Assembly (NCBI RefSeq): GCF_036321535.1
Contig: NC_087451.1
Coordinates: 27,838,001 to 27,902,000 of the forward strand
DNA: 64,000 nt
Origin: Camelus dromedarius
Lineage: Eukaryota
Direction: 5' to 3'
Made by a program: the position numbers and the translations under genes. Under the pieces are notes generated by a model that was not told the DNA's origin, searched no databases, and saw nothing but the letters and a program-made list of their open reading frames with translations. Positions 1-9,845 of the stretch are shown in pieces. Numbering within the stretch: position 1 is the first letter of the stretch; every line of letters begins with the position of its first letter.

Positions 1-330
1 TACGGACCTGTTTGCATTCCTGTCGGGCTGAAGCCGAGGGGAGGAATCCCAGGGCGCATGGTGCCGCCATGTGTCGTCGTTCGGTGAACTGCCAGGCCAG
101 GGATCCTTTATCGCCCGCCCCTGCCCCCGGCACACCCGGTCAAGGGCCCTAATGGCTCCTGCCTGCCACCCACGGCTTCCGCCCCACCCCGGGGCCCGGC
201 CCAGCTCCCGCCCGCCGCGGGGCTTGGCCGGCTTCTCTGCCGGGTCTCTCCGGCCTTTCTTTGGTCTCAGAGCCAGGCGGGCTCCGGGACCTCCTTTCTG
301 CGCTGGCCCTGTGGTGCGCGTACAGCGAAT
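1..330. promoter_or_regulatory. CpG-rich segment at the window edge, possible promoter of an unidentified transcript
   Basis: High CpG density and a YY1-like GCCGCCATGT at 63-72. No recognisable coding product. Confidence 0.3.
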
Positions 331-1129
331 TAGGAGTTCAGACCTGGAGGCTTCAGGAGGGCAAGGCCTCTGTTTCAAAGCACATAATAGAGGCTCCACT
401 CCTTCGGTGGCAGAAGAAGCTCTCTGAGCAGGAGAGGACCCAGAGCTGTGTTAATTTCCGTGTGGGGTTGCAGTGGCCTGAGCCTGGCCTTGGCTGCAGA
501 GCACTCTCCAGTCTCTCCCTTTGCTGGTAACACTACCTTGGTTTTCCGTTGGGGATTCTCTGCCCACTCAGTCTAGGAGGCTGGGAACCCAGGCGTGGCC
601 AGCCAGCCTGTCCTTGGCAGTGAGACTGATTCAGAAAGGCAGATGGCTCGGGTGAGGGCAGTGAGAGACCACCCAGGGCTTTGCTCTCCCCTGCTCCACG
701 GTGAACCCAAGCTGGCGGAGTGTGGCTGGGATTTGAGGAGAGGCTGCCTGGGGGTGAAGCCACGGGGAAAGTGGGACTGAGGAAAAGAGACAGGGATGAA
801 GCATCTGGATGGAGCTGTGCCTGGAGCCCAGACGAGCCGATACGTCCCCTCACGCACCAGTCAGTCTGAACTGGGCTTCTGCACCGAGTGATCAAAAGAC
901 TCCTGCTAACGCGGCCCAGGAGAGCCCTGCACTCTCAGCCTGTTTTCTTCTCAGGGTTTTTCTTGGTGCAGTGATTTGTAAGAGCAGTTGGTGTGTCGGC
1001 CATTTCTTAACCATATACTTTGCAGCCGTTTACTCTGGTCTGTTGTGCGTGTGTTTATAGAACTTTTGCCAGAAGTAATTCCCAAAACTGCGATATGATG
1101 TGTGTCTCTCCTACAATGTATGGGTTTTA

Positions 1130-1790
1130 ATTTTACTGTGTCTTTTTAAGGAGATGCCCTGTATCAGATCAAGAAATCGTTCTACTCCTAGTTTGCTAGA
1201 TTTTGTTTTAATCAAAAATGATTATTAATAGTGGGGGGAGAAGGAGTAAATTAGGAGTCTGGGATAACATATACACACTACCGTATATAAAATAGATAAA
1301 CCACAAGTTCCTACTGTACAGCACAGGGAACTATATTCATGTCTTTTACTAACCCATAATGGAAAAGAGTCTGAAAAAGGATGTGTGTGTATGTAAAACT
1401 GAATCACTCGGGTACACCTGAAACTAACACAACGTTATAAATTAACTAGGTGCTAATTTAAAAAATGGTTAAAAAAATTTAATGAATATTAAGTTATATC
1501 ATGTGCTCCTTTGCGGCTATTGAAATACTGGATTTTTTTCCCTCCTTTAACCTATAATGGGGAATACGAGAATCAGGTTCCCGACCCTGAAATCCGCGCT
1601 GAGCCGACCGTGTGTGGTGTACAGCTGACAGCTGACTTCAATTTAGTAACAGTTTCTTGAGGCTTCCTGCTCTCTGGTCAGGAATTAGATTGGTTTTGTT
1701 TCTTAATTTTGAGATTGAGATCATGCTAGCCTTCTGCGAAATGTTTAAGGCAGGGATGTCTCTGTTCCACGAACGTTTAGTGACAGTTCC
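1130..1790 (-). mobile_element. Old L1 ORF2 relic, interrupted by a younger L1 3' end
   Basis: Resembles antisense L1 ORF2 (e.g. gatgccctgtatcagatcaagaaatcgttctactcctagtttgct). Family judged from recalled consensus. Confidence 0.55.
1229..1477 (+). mobile_element. 5'-truncated cetartiodactyl-type L1 3' end
   Basis: Diagnostic 3'UTR: atacacactaccgtatataaaatagataaac...gcacagggaactatattca...ctgaatcac...tacacctgaaactaacaca, followed by an A-rich tail. Confidence 0.85.
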
Positions 1791-1853
1791 CCTGCGACAC
1801 CGGCGAGGTCAGGCGTGTCTGTGCCTGTGTGTTCCGGTGATGCCAGCGATACA

Positions 1854-2202
1854 TGTCGAGGCTCTAAAGAAGGCCAGGCACGGAGGACAAGCGGGGCCCA
1901 GTGCCCCAGCAGGGGGGCAGCTCGGTCACCAAGGCAGGCGGGGGGGGGGACAGCCTTATCAGGAAACGGGGGCCCAGCTGCACCCCCAGTGCGGGCTGTG
2001 GGCCTGAGGGCTGGAGCTGCTGCAACCCTATGGCTGGCTGGCAGCCTACTTGGCTTTCTCTGGTTGGTCCTGAGCTGGAAGCGGAGGCAGAAATTAGGGA
2101 AGCTGGCAGTTATTGGCCAAGTCCTGGCCGTTTGGGGTCGGCCGCTGCAGAGGGCGTGTTGGGCGGGCTGGTAGCCGTTGTCTGAGTGTACATGCAGCCT
2201 CT
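1854..2202 (-). mobile_element. ERV1-type solo LTR relic (copy 1)
   Basis: About 280 bp align by eye to 9462-9775 in inverted orientation (gctggaagcggaggcagaa[a/g]ttagggaagctggcagtta). Exact family not assigned. Confidence 0.65.
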
Positions 2203-2280
2203 GTGTTCTCCTGGAATGTTACCCACTCCTTACCTTTCAAATGTACTCGTACCAAGGCGTTTGTAGGATTTGCCAATAGG

Positions 2281-2398
2281 TTTTTGTTGGGGGAGGGTGA
2301 TTAAGTTTATTTATTTATTCTTGGAAGAGGTACTGGGGACTGAACCCAGGACCTTGTGCATGCTAAGCACGCGCTCTACCGCCGAGCTGGGCCCTCCC
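2281..2398 (-). mobile_element. Camelid tRNA-derived SINE (vic-1-like)
   Basis: Reverse complement of GGGAGGG..AGCTC..TAGAGCGC..GCTTAGCATGCAC.AGGTCCTGGGTTCA.TCCCCAGTACCTC, plus the AATAAA-rich/CCTAATCACC tail. Confidence 0.9.
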
Positions 2399-2699
2399 TG
2401 CTGCACCCGGAATGTTTTACTTCCGTTGTTGGTCAGCTCTACATGTTTTACGGTTCCCGTTGTGATTATTTCCTTAGCAGTGGTTACTTAGGAATGTGCT
2501 TTTAGTCTCTAAGAATATGGCATGCTTTAAAAAAAAAACCCTCTTTTTATACTAAAAAGGAAATGTTGGTTCTCGGCGCACTTTTTCCTGATGCAGCACC
2601 CTGGGGCCTGTCTGCATAGACAGTCCCGTGCCCTGCAGACAGGGGCAGTTTGATTTCTCCCTCCCCACGCTCCCCTTTTGTTTCCTTGCCCCCTCGCCG

Positions 2700-3960
2700 T
2701 GGCCGGCGCTCGCGGTGCTTCGCTGGCGAGGAGAGTGAGCGTGGACAGCCTCGCCTCCTTCCGACCCTTACGGGGAGGACGCTCAGTCTTTCCTTAGGAA
2801 GTGTGCGGCTGTAGGTTTACTGCGCCTGCAGCGTGAGATGTTTGTCTGCAGCTGTCTTGTTTTGTGTTATCTTTGGTTATGGCATCTGGGCAACACGAGC
2901 TTCAGAACATGGACCTGGGAGGGTCCACTCGTCGTCTGTTTCCTGGGAGAGGTTGTGCGAACTGTGTCTTTGAACAGCGCTCCGTGGAACCGCCTGGGCT
3001 GGAGGGCTCCCTCCCTGGCAGTTCTAGAGCCGGGAGCTCAGCGTCCGTGGCGGCTGTGGGGCTGCTCCCGGGACCCGTTCAAACGGGGCGGGTTGTGGTA
3101 GTCTGCGCTCTTCCAGGACTTGCTCCGTTTCGTCTGAGCTGTCAAGGTGCCTTTCGCAGTCGTCCGTAGCGTCCCTGCCTGGCCCTTCCGGTGCCTGCAA
3201 GGTCTGTAGTGATGTCCCCGCCGGTCAGTCTTGTCAGTTTGAAGTTTGGCAATTTGATGAATCTTTTGAAAGAAGTGCTTTTTGTTTCGTCGATTTTTCT
3301 CCATTATTTGCTGTTTAAAGCGTACTTGATTTCTGCTGCCTTCACCGTTTCCTTTCCCTCTGCCTGCTTTGGTTTATTTTTGCTCTTTTTCCAGTTCTTA
3401 AGGAGGAATCTTACAGTCTTTTCACTTGAGAACTTCTTTCCTAGCACAAGGATTTAACGCTGCAAGCTTCCCTCTGAGCCCTGTGCTTGTCGTTGCATGC
3501 TGCGCTCTCGTTCTTGTCCACTCCAGTCCGCGGGTCCCCTCGCGGTGGTCTCGTTTGACCTACGAATGACGTCGGGGTGTGCTGTTCAGTCTCCAAGGGT
3601 TTGGATTTTCTCCTTGTCTTTCTGTTGGCGACTTCTAGCCTGGTTCCACTGTGGTCAGAGACGCCATGTGGATGATCTTACATCATTTAAATCTGTTGAG
3701 GCTTGTTTTCCGGCTCAGGACGTGGCCGGCATGGAGTGTGTTCCCTGGGGGTGTGCGGGTGGCTCCTGGTAGCTGGCCCTCCGCGCCGTGGAGAGCGTGT
3801 CCTGCGGGTGTGGGTGGCGCGTGCAGCGGCGGCGGGGGCTCCTGCCGGTCTCTTCTCTCCTGGCTGCTTTCTCGTCTAGTTTTCTATCAACCACTGAGAG
3901 AGGGGTGGGAAGTCTTCAGCTGTAATTACAGGTTTATCTTATTTTTAAAAAATACCTCTT
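2700..3960 (-). mobile_element. Old L1 (L1M-type) ORF2 endonuclease/RT relic, strongly GC-shifted
   Basis: Collinear L1 antisense motifs: gtggacagcctcgcc...cagtctttcc, tctgtagtgatgtcccc, ttccactgtggtcagaga, ttctatcaaccactgagagagg. Confidence 0.75.
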
Positions 3961-3974
3961 CAGGTAACTCCTTT

Positions 3975-4119
3975 ATTTTGTTTTGTGTTTGTTTTGGGGA
4001 GGTGATTAGGTTTATTTATTTATTTATTACCATCTTTTTATTTAGTGCAGGTGCTGGAGATTGAACCCAGGGCCTCATACACACTAAGCATGCGCTCCAC
4101 CCCTGAGCTATGCCCTCCC
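3975..4119 (-). mobile_element. Camelid tRNA-derived SINE (vic-1-like)
   Basis: ggggaggtgattaggtttatttattt...gattgaacccagggcctcatacacactaagcatgcgctccacccctgagctatgccctccc. Confidence 0.9.
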
Positions 4120-4269
4120 TCCTCTTCAGATAACTCTTGAGTGAAAAGAGTAAATTAAAAATTTCAAATGGTAAATAATGAGAGAACACTCTTGCTCTAT
4201 TGTGGAATAGAGCCAGCTCGCCTCAGAGGGAAACCTTGATAGCCTTAAATGCATAACTTAAAAAGCACG

Positions 4270-5440
4270 AATGAGTAGCAACCAGTTGCGCGGTGGAAGG
4301 AACAGTAGGGAATACGGTGAACAGCTCTGTACCATACCTGAGACACGTTCCTTGAAGAAACACAAACTAGCCAACTCGCCAAAGAAGCAGATGACCTGAA
4401 TAGCCCTGTATCTGTTAAAGAAGCCGAACTTAGTCAAAAGCCTTCCCACCAGGAAAACGGAAATAAATAGCTTGGTGGGGTTATGCTTTGTACAGCTCAG
4501 TGATAAGAAAACAGTTTAATTGTAAACAGTGGTCAAAGCATCTGAACAGACCTCACCAAGGAAGATACATGGACGACAAACACGCGTAGCCACCAGGAAA
4601 ACACAGTTAGAACTGCAGTGAGTCCCGCAACACACGATGCAAACCGCTAACGTTAAAAAGACTGAAGGGGGAGGGTGTAGCTCCGTGGTAGGGCGTATGC
4701 GTAGCATGCACAAGGTCCTGGGTTCAGTCCCCTGTCCCTCCGTGCAAGAAGGAAAGGAAAAGATGTGCCGTAGAAGCTAACTCTCCCAGGCTGAGCTTCC
4801 GAGAAGGTGGAGTCGTGTCGGCATCCTGACTGCAGAGGCAAGAGCGGTCGTGGAGTGGGCAAAAAAAAAGACTGGTTGAAGCCAGTGCTGGTGGGACTCG
4901 AAACCTCCTCTGCTACCAAGTGGATGAAAACAGCGCAGACGCTGTGGGGGCAGCTTGTCAGTCTCCTGGTGGTATTTACCAGGAGAAACGGGCGTGTGCA
5001 GATCTTCACAGCTGCTTTGTCTGTAATATCCCCAAGCTGGAGGCAGCCCTCAGGCCGTCCGTGGGCGAGCAGACAGGCACCCTGAGGCTTCTCCAGCCCC
5101 ACGCGGGAAGGTCAGTGCCTAGTGTGAAATGTCGTGAACGACGGGGGTGGATCTCAGACAAGAAGGAAGCGCGTTGCGTGTTTCCATCATAAAAAAGCAC
5201 AAAGTATAAAAATCCACAGTAAAGAACCTGGAGAGACCTGCGGCCACTCGGTGGCCGTCCCAGGATGGGGAGGACCGAGAGGGGCAGGAGGAGATCCCTG
5301 GGGCGACGGGGGTGTTCGGCACCTTGACTGGGCTGATGCTCCCAGACTGAGGTCTGCACAAACTTCTAAAACCGTGCACTGCTGCTGTGTGCAGTCCATC
5401 GTGTGTTATGGTGCTGACACGTCACTGAAACTGTTAAAAC
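4270..5440 (+). mobile_element. Old L1 ORF2/3'UTR relic (sense), interrupted by a SINE
   Basis: L1 motifs gaaacacaaactagccaa, ctgaatagccctgtatctgttaaagaa, gaacagacctcaccaaggaagata, plus a 3'UTR-like end near 5400. Confidence 0.65.
4667..4760 (+). mobile_element. Camelid tRNA-derived SINE (vic-1-like)
   Basis: ggggagggtgtagctccgtggtagggcgtatgcgtagcatgcacaaggtcctgggttcagtcccc followed by an A-rich tail. Confidence 0.88.
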
Positions 5441-8188
5441 CACTCGGGGCCTCTTCCCGTGCACTTGCTCTTGGGGAGGTCCCCCTGGGGCCCGCAGGAC
5501 CAGCCACCGGGAGGCCACTCGTAGGCCCTCTGGTCAGCTGCCAGCCTCCCTTCCGCCCCTTCTATGGGAGCCACGGGCCCCGCTCTGTCACTGCATGCCG
5601 GGGCCAGCAGCTGGAGCACCTCGGCCGGCTGGGACCAGTGTGCCACTGCGGGAGGCCTCTGCCGCTGGCAGCCGGTGTCTGGCCGTGAGCCACTGCCCTG
5701 CTGCACACCCAGCAGCTCCCCATCCGGGAGCACCTGCCCTGGGACTGGCCCCCAGTTAGCGCCCCCCCCCCCCACTGGACGCCACCCTCTCCAGGCAGGT
5801 CCACTGGCTGGCCACTCTGGCTCTAGGCCTGCGGGTGTCGAGGGAGGACAGCTGGGGAGGAGCCAGGGAACTGAACTACTTCCGAGCAGAGGAGTCCCAG
5901 AGACCAGGCAGGACCCAGAAAAGGGGCAGAGGGACCCTGCCAACGGGGCGGGCCAGGAACAGGAAGGAAAGAAGGGAGGTGGCGGGAAAAAGGGGAAAAA
6001 ATGAAAGAAAAAGTCCATAGCCAGCACGGGACACACCAGACACCCAACCCGCGGACAGTTAACCAGAGCAAGAAGCAGAGGGGCTCAGAGAGAAGAGAGG
6101 GGTCTCTGCCTTCAGCCACCGCTCTCAGAGAGGAGGGGGTGCTGCCGCGGGCGGGGAGCGCCCTCCGGCCGAAGGGGCTGGAGGGCTGGGGTGTGACCGC
6201 TGGGCACACTGGACGCACCGGGGAAGGCCGGGCCGTGGTGCGGGGGCAGAGAAAAGGACAGAAATGCCCCTTTAACGGAGGCAGAAAATGTTCTTGAAGA
6301 CACAGCGGAAGCCACGGCGGACGTGGGGAAGCTGACGTTCAGCCTGGGTCCGGGGAGAGCTCTACCAGGCTGCCTCGAGACAGACAGGCCCCCGGCTTTC
6401 CTGAAATTCAGGGCCAAAGAGTCATTTCCGTCTCGATTCAGCAAGAGCCTTCGCCCTGAGCCGGTGGGGAATCGGGTTGGTGTTGACGGTGGTGTGGAAT
6501 CGGGAAGCTTCGGAAGCCAAGCAGTGATCCAGGCCCAAAGGCATCGGCAGACCCCAGACCTCCAACCCCACCCAGCCTTTCTGGAGAAAACTACCCACAA
6601 ATGAAACCCAGGCAGGCAGGCGAGCAGATGTCCAGAGGGTCAGTGTCACTGTCCTCAAAGGGCTGGAGGAAGGGCCTCCACCCCCCTCCTCCTAGGAGTC
6701 AGGACGGGCCCTCTGTCTCGGACCCTGGACGCCCCGCCAGGCCCCCGGGGAGGTGCTGGGGAGACTTGGGTGTCTGGGTGGCAGAATTAACGCCAGAGCT
6801 TAGCTGCTACAGGATGGAGGCAAAACCTCTGTGCCAGGGGCAGACCCCGGCTTGTAGCACCAGCAAGATGGTGACTGGGTCACGAGGACAAGCTGCCCTC
6901 GCCCCTTCCCAGTCGCCGGGCAGTTGGGTGGTCTGGGAAGCCGGCTGTCTAGACTCTGGAGGGGGCGGCATGGGCGCTGAGCCCAGAGCAGCCTTCCAGA
7001 GGCTGCACTGGTCCCCTGGGTACTGTCTGGGTCCCCTTCCACCGCCTTCCAGTCTCCCCGGCTTGGCAGCAGTTAGGTGGGGGCGAGGGTGGGGTGGCGT
7101 CGGGGGAGGGGACAAAACTGCGTGACTCCGCTTCCCTGCTGTTTCCAACGTCTTTTGAGAACTAACATCCCTTATGGAAAATTACTTTCCAATGACCAGA
7201 GTTTCCTCCGCCTCACTTCTGTTTTTCTTTTTTTCTGTTTGACTAATGTGGGAAAAAAACCCAAGTCCTGGTGGCTGCAATTGTGTTTCCAAGAAGGGGT
7301 CAGGGACTGGGTCCAGCTGGAAGGAGGTGCACTGTCCCCAGAAACCCTTGCTGTGTGTGAGAACTTGCATCGAGGTGCATGGGTGACTTAGAACAACTGT
7401 TTGTAAACAGAGGGACTGACCAGGTCCAGGAATGCAGGGGAGAGGCAGGGAAGATGAGGATGGCCCAGCTGTGTCCCAGGCTCGCCTCGGGGAGGCCAGC
7501 TCCCTTCTCAGGCCACCCGCCCTTCCCTTCTGGCCCTCTGTGCTCCTTTGGGCCGATTTCAAGATTTGACCTTTGTCCCCAGCTGCCCCAAATGCTGGCA
7601 GCCTCATTCCAGGGCCCAAAATTCCATGAAGTGCTGGTTCGAAGGGCAGAGCAGGACAGGCACTTGGAAAGAGTGTGCAGCACAGGGAGGTCCTCACACC
7701 CCCATCCCGAGTCCCCAGCCACCGTCACACCGGCGAGGCTCTTACTGTCGGCGCTGGAGGCACCCGCATCCCTCGTTTAATGGGCTCCTTGCATCGATCG
7801 AATTCTCTTTTCAAGGTTAAATGTGCTCGTCTCCCTTCTGGACAAAGTCTGTAGTGAGACCGCGTTTGCCGTGTGTGTGGCCCAGTCAGCAGCCACGCAG
7901 GGCGCGGTCCTGTCTCAGCAGACGGCTTTCCTGCTGTGCTGCTCACGCAGACCCTGGCAGGGCTGTCCGTTCCTCTGCACTGCTCTGCACCGCTTGGGGA
8001 GTTCTGTTTTAACTGAAAAAATGTGGAGCGTTTCGTGAATTTGCACTTCACTCCTGCACGGGGTCGCGCCAGTCTCTGTGTCGTTCTGAGTTTAGTATAC
8101 GCGCTGTCCGGGGGAGCTCCAGACAGCGTCACTGAGACATGGTTCACTGTCAGACAAACACGGCCGGATGCCAAAGTGCAAAGGACAA

Positions 8189-8322
8189 GGCGAGAGGGTC
8201 CAGCTCAGAGGCAGAGCACATGCTTAGCAGGCACGAGGTCCTGGGGTCAATCCCCAGCGCCTCCATCAAATAAACCAGTAAGCTTGATCACCTCCCCCTA
8301 TAAAAAAAAACAAAGAAACAAA
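8189..8322 (+). mobile_element. Camelid tRNA-derived SINE (vic-1-like)
   Basis: cagctcagaggcagagcacatgcttagcaggcacgaggtcctggggtcaatccccagcgcctcca...gatcacctcccccta followed by poly(A). Confidence 0.88.
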
Positions 8323-8337
8323 GTACGAAGGAGCTGT

Positions 8338-8606
8338 TTTTATTTTTTTAATTGAAGTAGAGTTGATTTACAATGTCGCGTTAGTCTCTGGTGTCCAGCG
8401 GTGATTCAGTTATACATTTATATATACACGCATTCTTTTTCATTATAGGTTATTACAAGGTATTGAACACAGTTCCCCGTGCTGTACAGTGGGACCTTGT
8501 TACTTATCTATTTTATATATAACAGTTAGTATCTGCAAATCCTAAATCCCCAATTTAACCCTCCCCCGCCCCCTCCCCTTAGGTAAGCATAGATTGTTTT
8601 CTATGA
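8338..8606 (-). mobile_element. 5'-truncated cetartiodactyl-type L1 3' end
   Basis: Reverse complement of the same L1 3'UTR seen at 1229-1477 (ttgaagtagagttgatttacaatgt...gttccccgtgctgtacagt). Confidence 0.85.
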
Positions 8607-9149
8607 AGGACAGGTTCTAGTCTGCAACATACTTTCAGTGGGGACAGTTCCAGTGTGAACTGAGCTCAGGTGTGGTTTGGGCAGCAGTGACCGGCGTTTT
8701 ACCGCGAGCGGGGGGACGGGGAGGGCTGAGACTCCGGGGAGTCAGGAGGTGGGCACTTTCACAGCAGGCAGGGGCTGGGCCACCATGCAACCCTGTCTGG
8801 TTTATCACCAGCACTCGTCCAAGGTAAGCCTTGTGTTCCCACAGGGGCCCGAGACGCCCGCCCCTTGGTGGCTGCTGGAGTTTCGGGGGGGACTGGGGTC
8901 ACCCTGGGGATGGGCCTGAGCTGTCAGAAACCGAGTCTTTCTAGGGCTGCTGGAGACTCGGGCTCAGAGGAGCCTGGCTAGAGTCTGGTCGGGGAGGGAC
9001 ACTGGGCAGTCCCTCCATGGAGAGCGCACGAGTGGGCGGGTGTTTGTAGTTCAGGGAGCTAGCTGTGCGGCCATCACAAGCGAGCATGTGTTCTGGAACG
9101 CGGCCCTGACTTGCCTTCAGCAGCCACTCCCCTGCCCCGCCCCAGCCCC

Positions 9150-9460
9150 CACCCCACTGAGCAGCCCTGTGTCTCCGGATCTGCCTGTTCTGCACGCTTC
9201 ATGCAGACGGAGTCACGTAATGACACGGGATTCTGCGACCGGCTTCTCCCTCCCAGGGGACACTTCTTCAGGGCTCATCTGGGGCTGTAGTGGAGGTCAG
9301 CACCTCGCTCTTTCCGGCCAGATGGCCCCGCGCTGCGCACGTCCGCGACAGCTTACCCATGTCCTCGGCAGGTGGTGGGCGTTTGGTGGTTTCCACCTTT
9401 GCGTTGTTGTGAGTGACACTTGCTGAAGATTCGTGTGAGTTTGTGTGTGGATGTGTTTCG
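9150..9460 (-). mobile_element. Old L1 (L1MB-like) 3'UTR relic
   Basis: ctgtgtctccggatctgcctgttctgcac...ggtttccacctttgcgttgttgtgagt matches the recalled antisense L1MB 3'UTR pattern. Confidence 0.6.
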
Positions 9461-9461
9461 A

Positions 9462-9775
9462 AGCCCCTATAGCAATCAGCCCAAAGTTGGCCAGTAACTG
9501 CCAGCTTCCCTAACTTCTGCCTCCGCTTCCAGCGCAGGACCCGGCAGAGAAAGACAAGCAGGCTCCCAGACGACCATAGGGCTGCGGCACCTCCGCTGGG
9601 CAGCCCGCGGCTTCCCCAGGCCCACAGCCCCCGCGCGTGCGCACTTGGGCCCCCTTTTCCCGCTGAAGCTGTTCCCTCCTCTGCCTGCCTTGGGGGCGGT
9701 GCTGCCCGCCCGCCGGGGCTCTGGGCGCGCGGCCCCTGCTTGCCCTCTCATGCGTGGTCTTTGTCCATTTCTACA
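9462..9775 (+). mobile_element. ERV1-type LTR relic (copy 2, 5'-truncated)
   Basis: Inverted homolog of 1854-2202. Ends in ...catttctaca, an LTR-like CA terminus. Confidence 0.65.
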
Positions 9776-9780
9776 AGTTT

Positions 9781-9845
9781 TACATTTGTTCTGATGGAGG
9801 TACCGGGGATTGAACCCAGGACCTCATGCACACTAAGCACCTGCC
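9781..9845 (-). mobile_element. Camelid tRNA-derived SINE (partial)
   Basis: atggaggtaccggggattgaacccaggacctcatgcacactaagcac. Confidence 0.85.

Noticed and set aside
5434-7150. Several overlapping 100-200 aa ORFs in the 5.4-7.1 kb region
   Set aside because: They occur on both strands with low-complexity composition, no recognisable domain and no consistent exon chain. Part of the region may be decayed L1.
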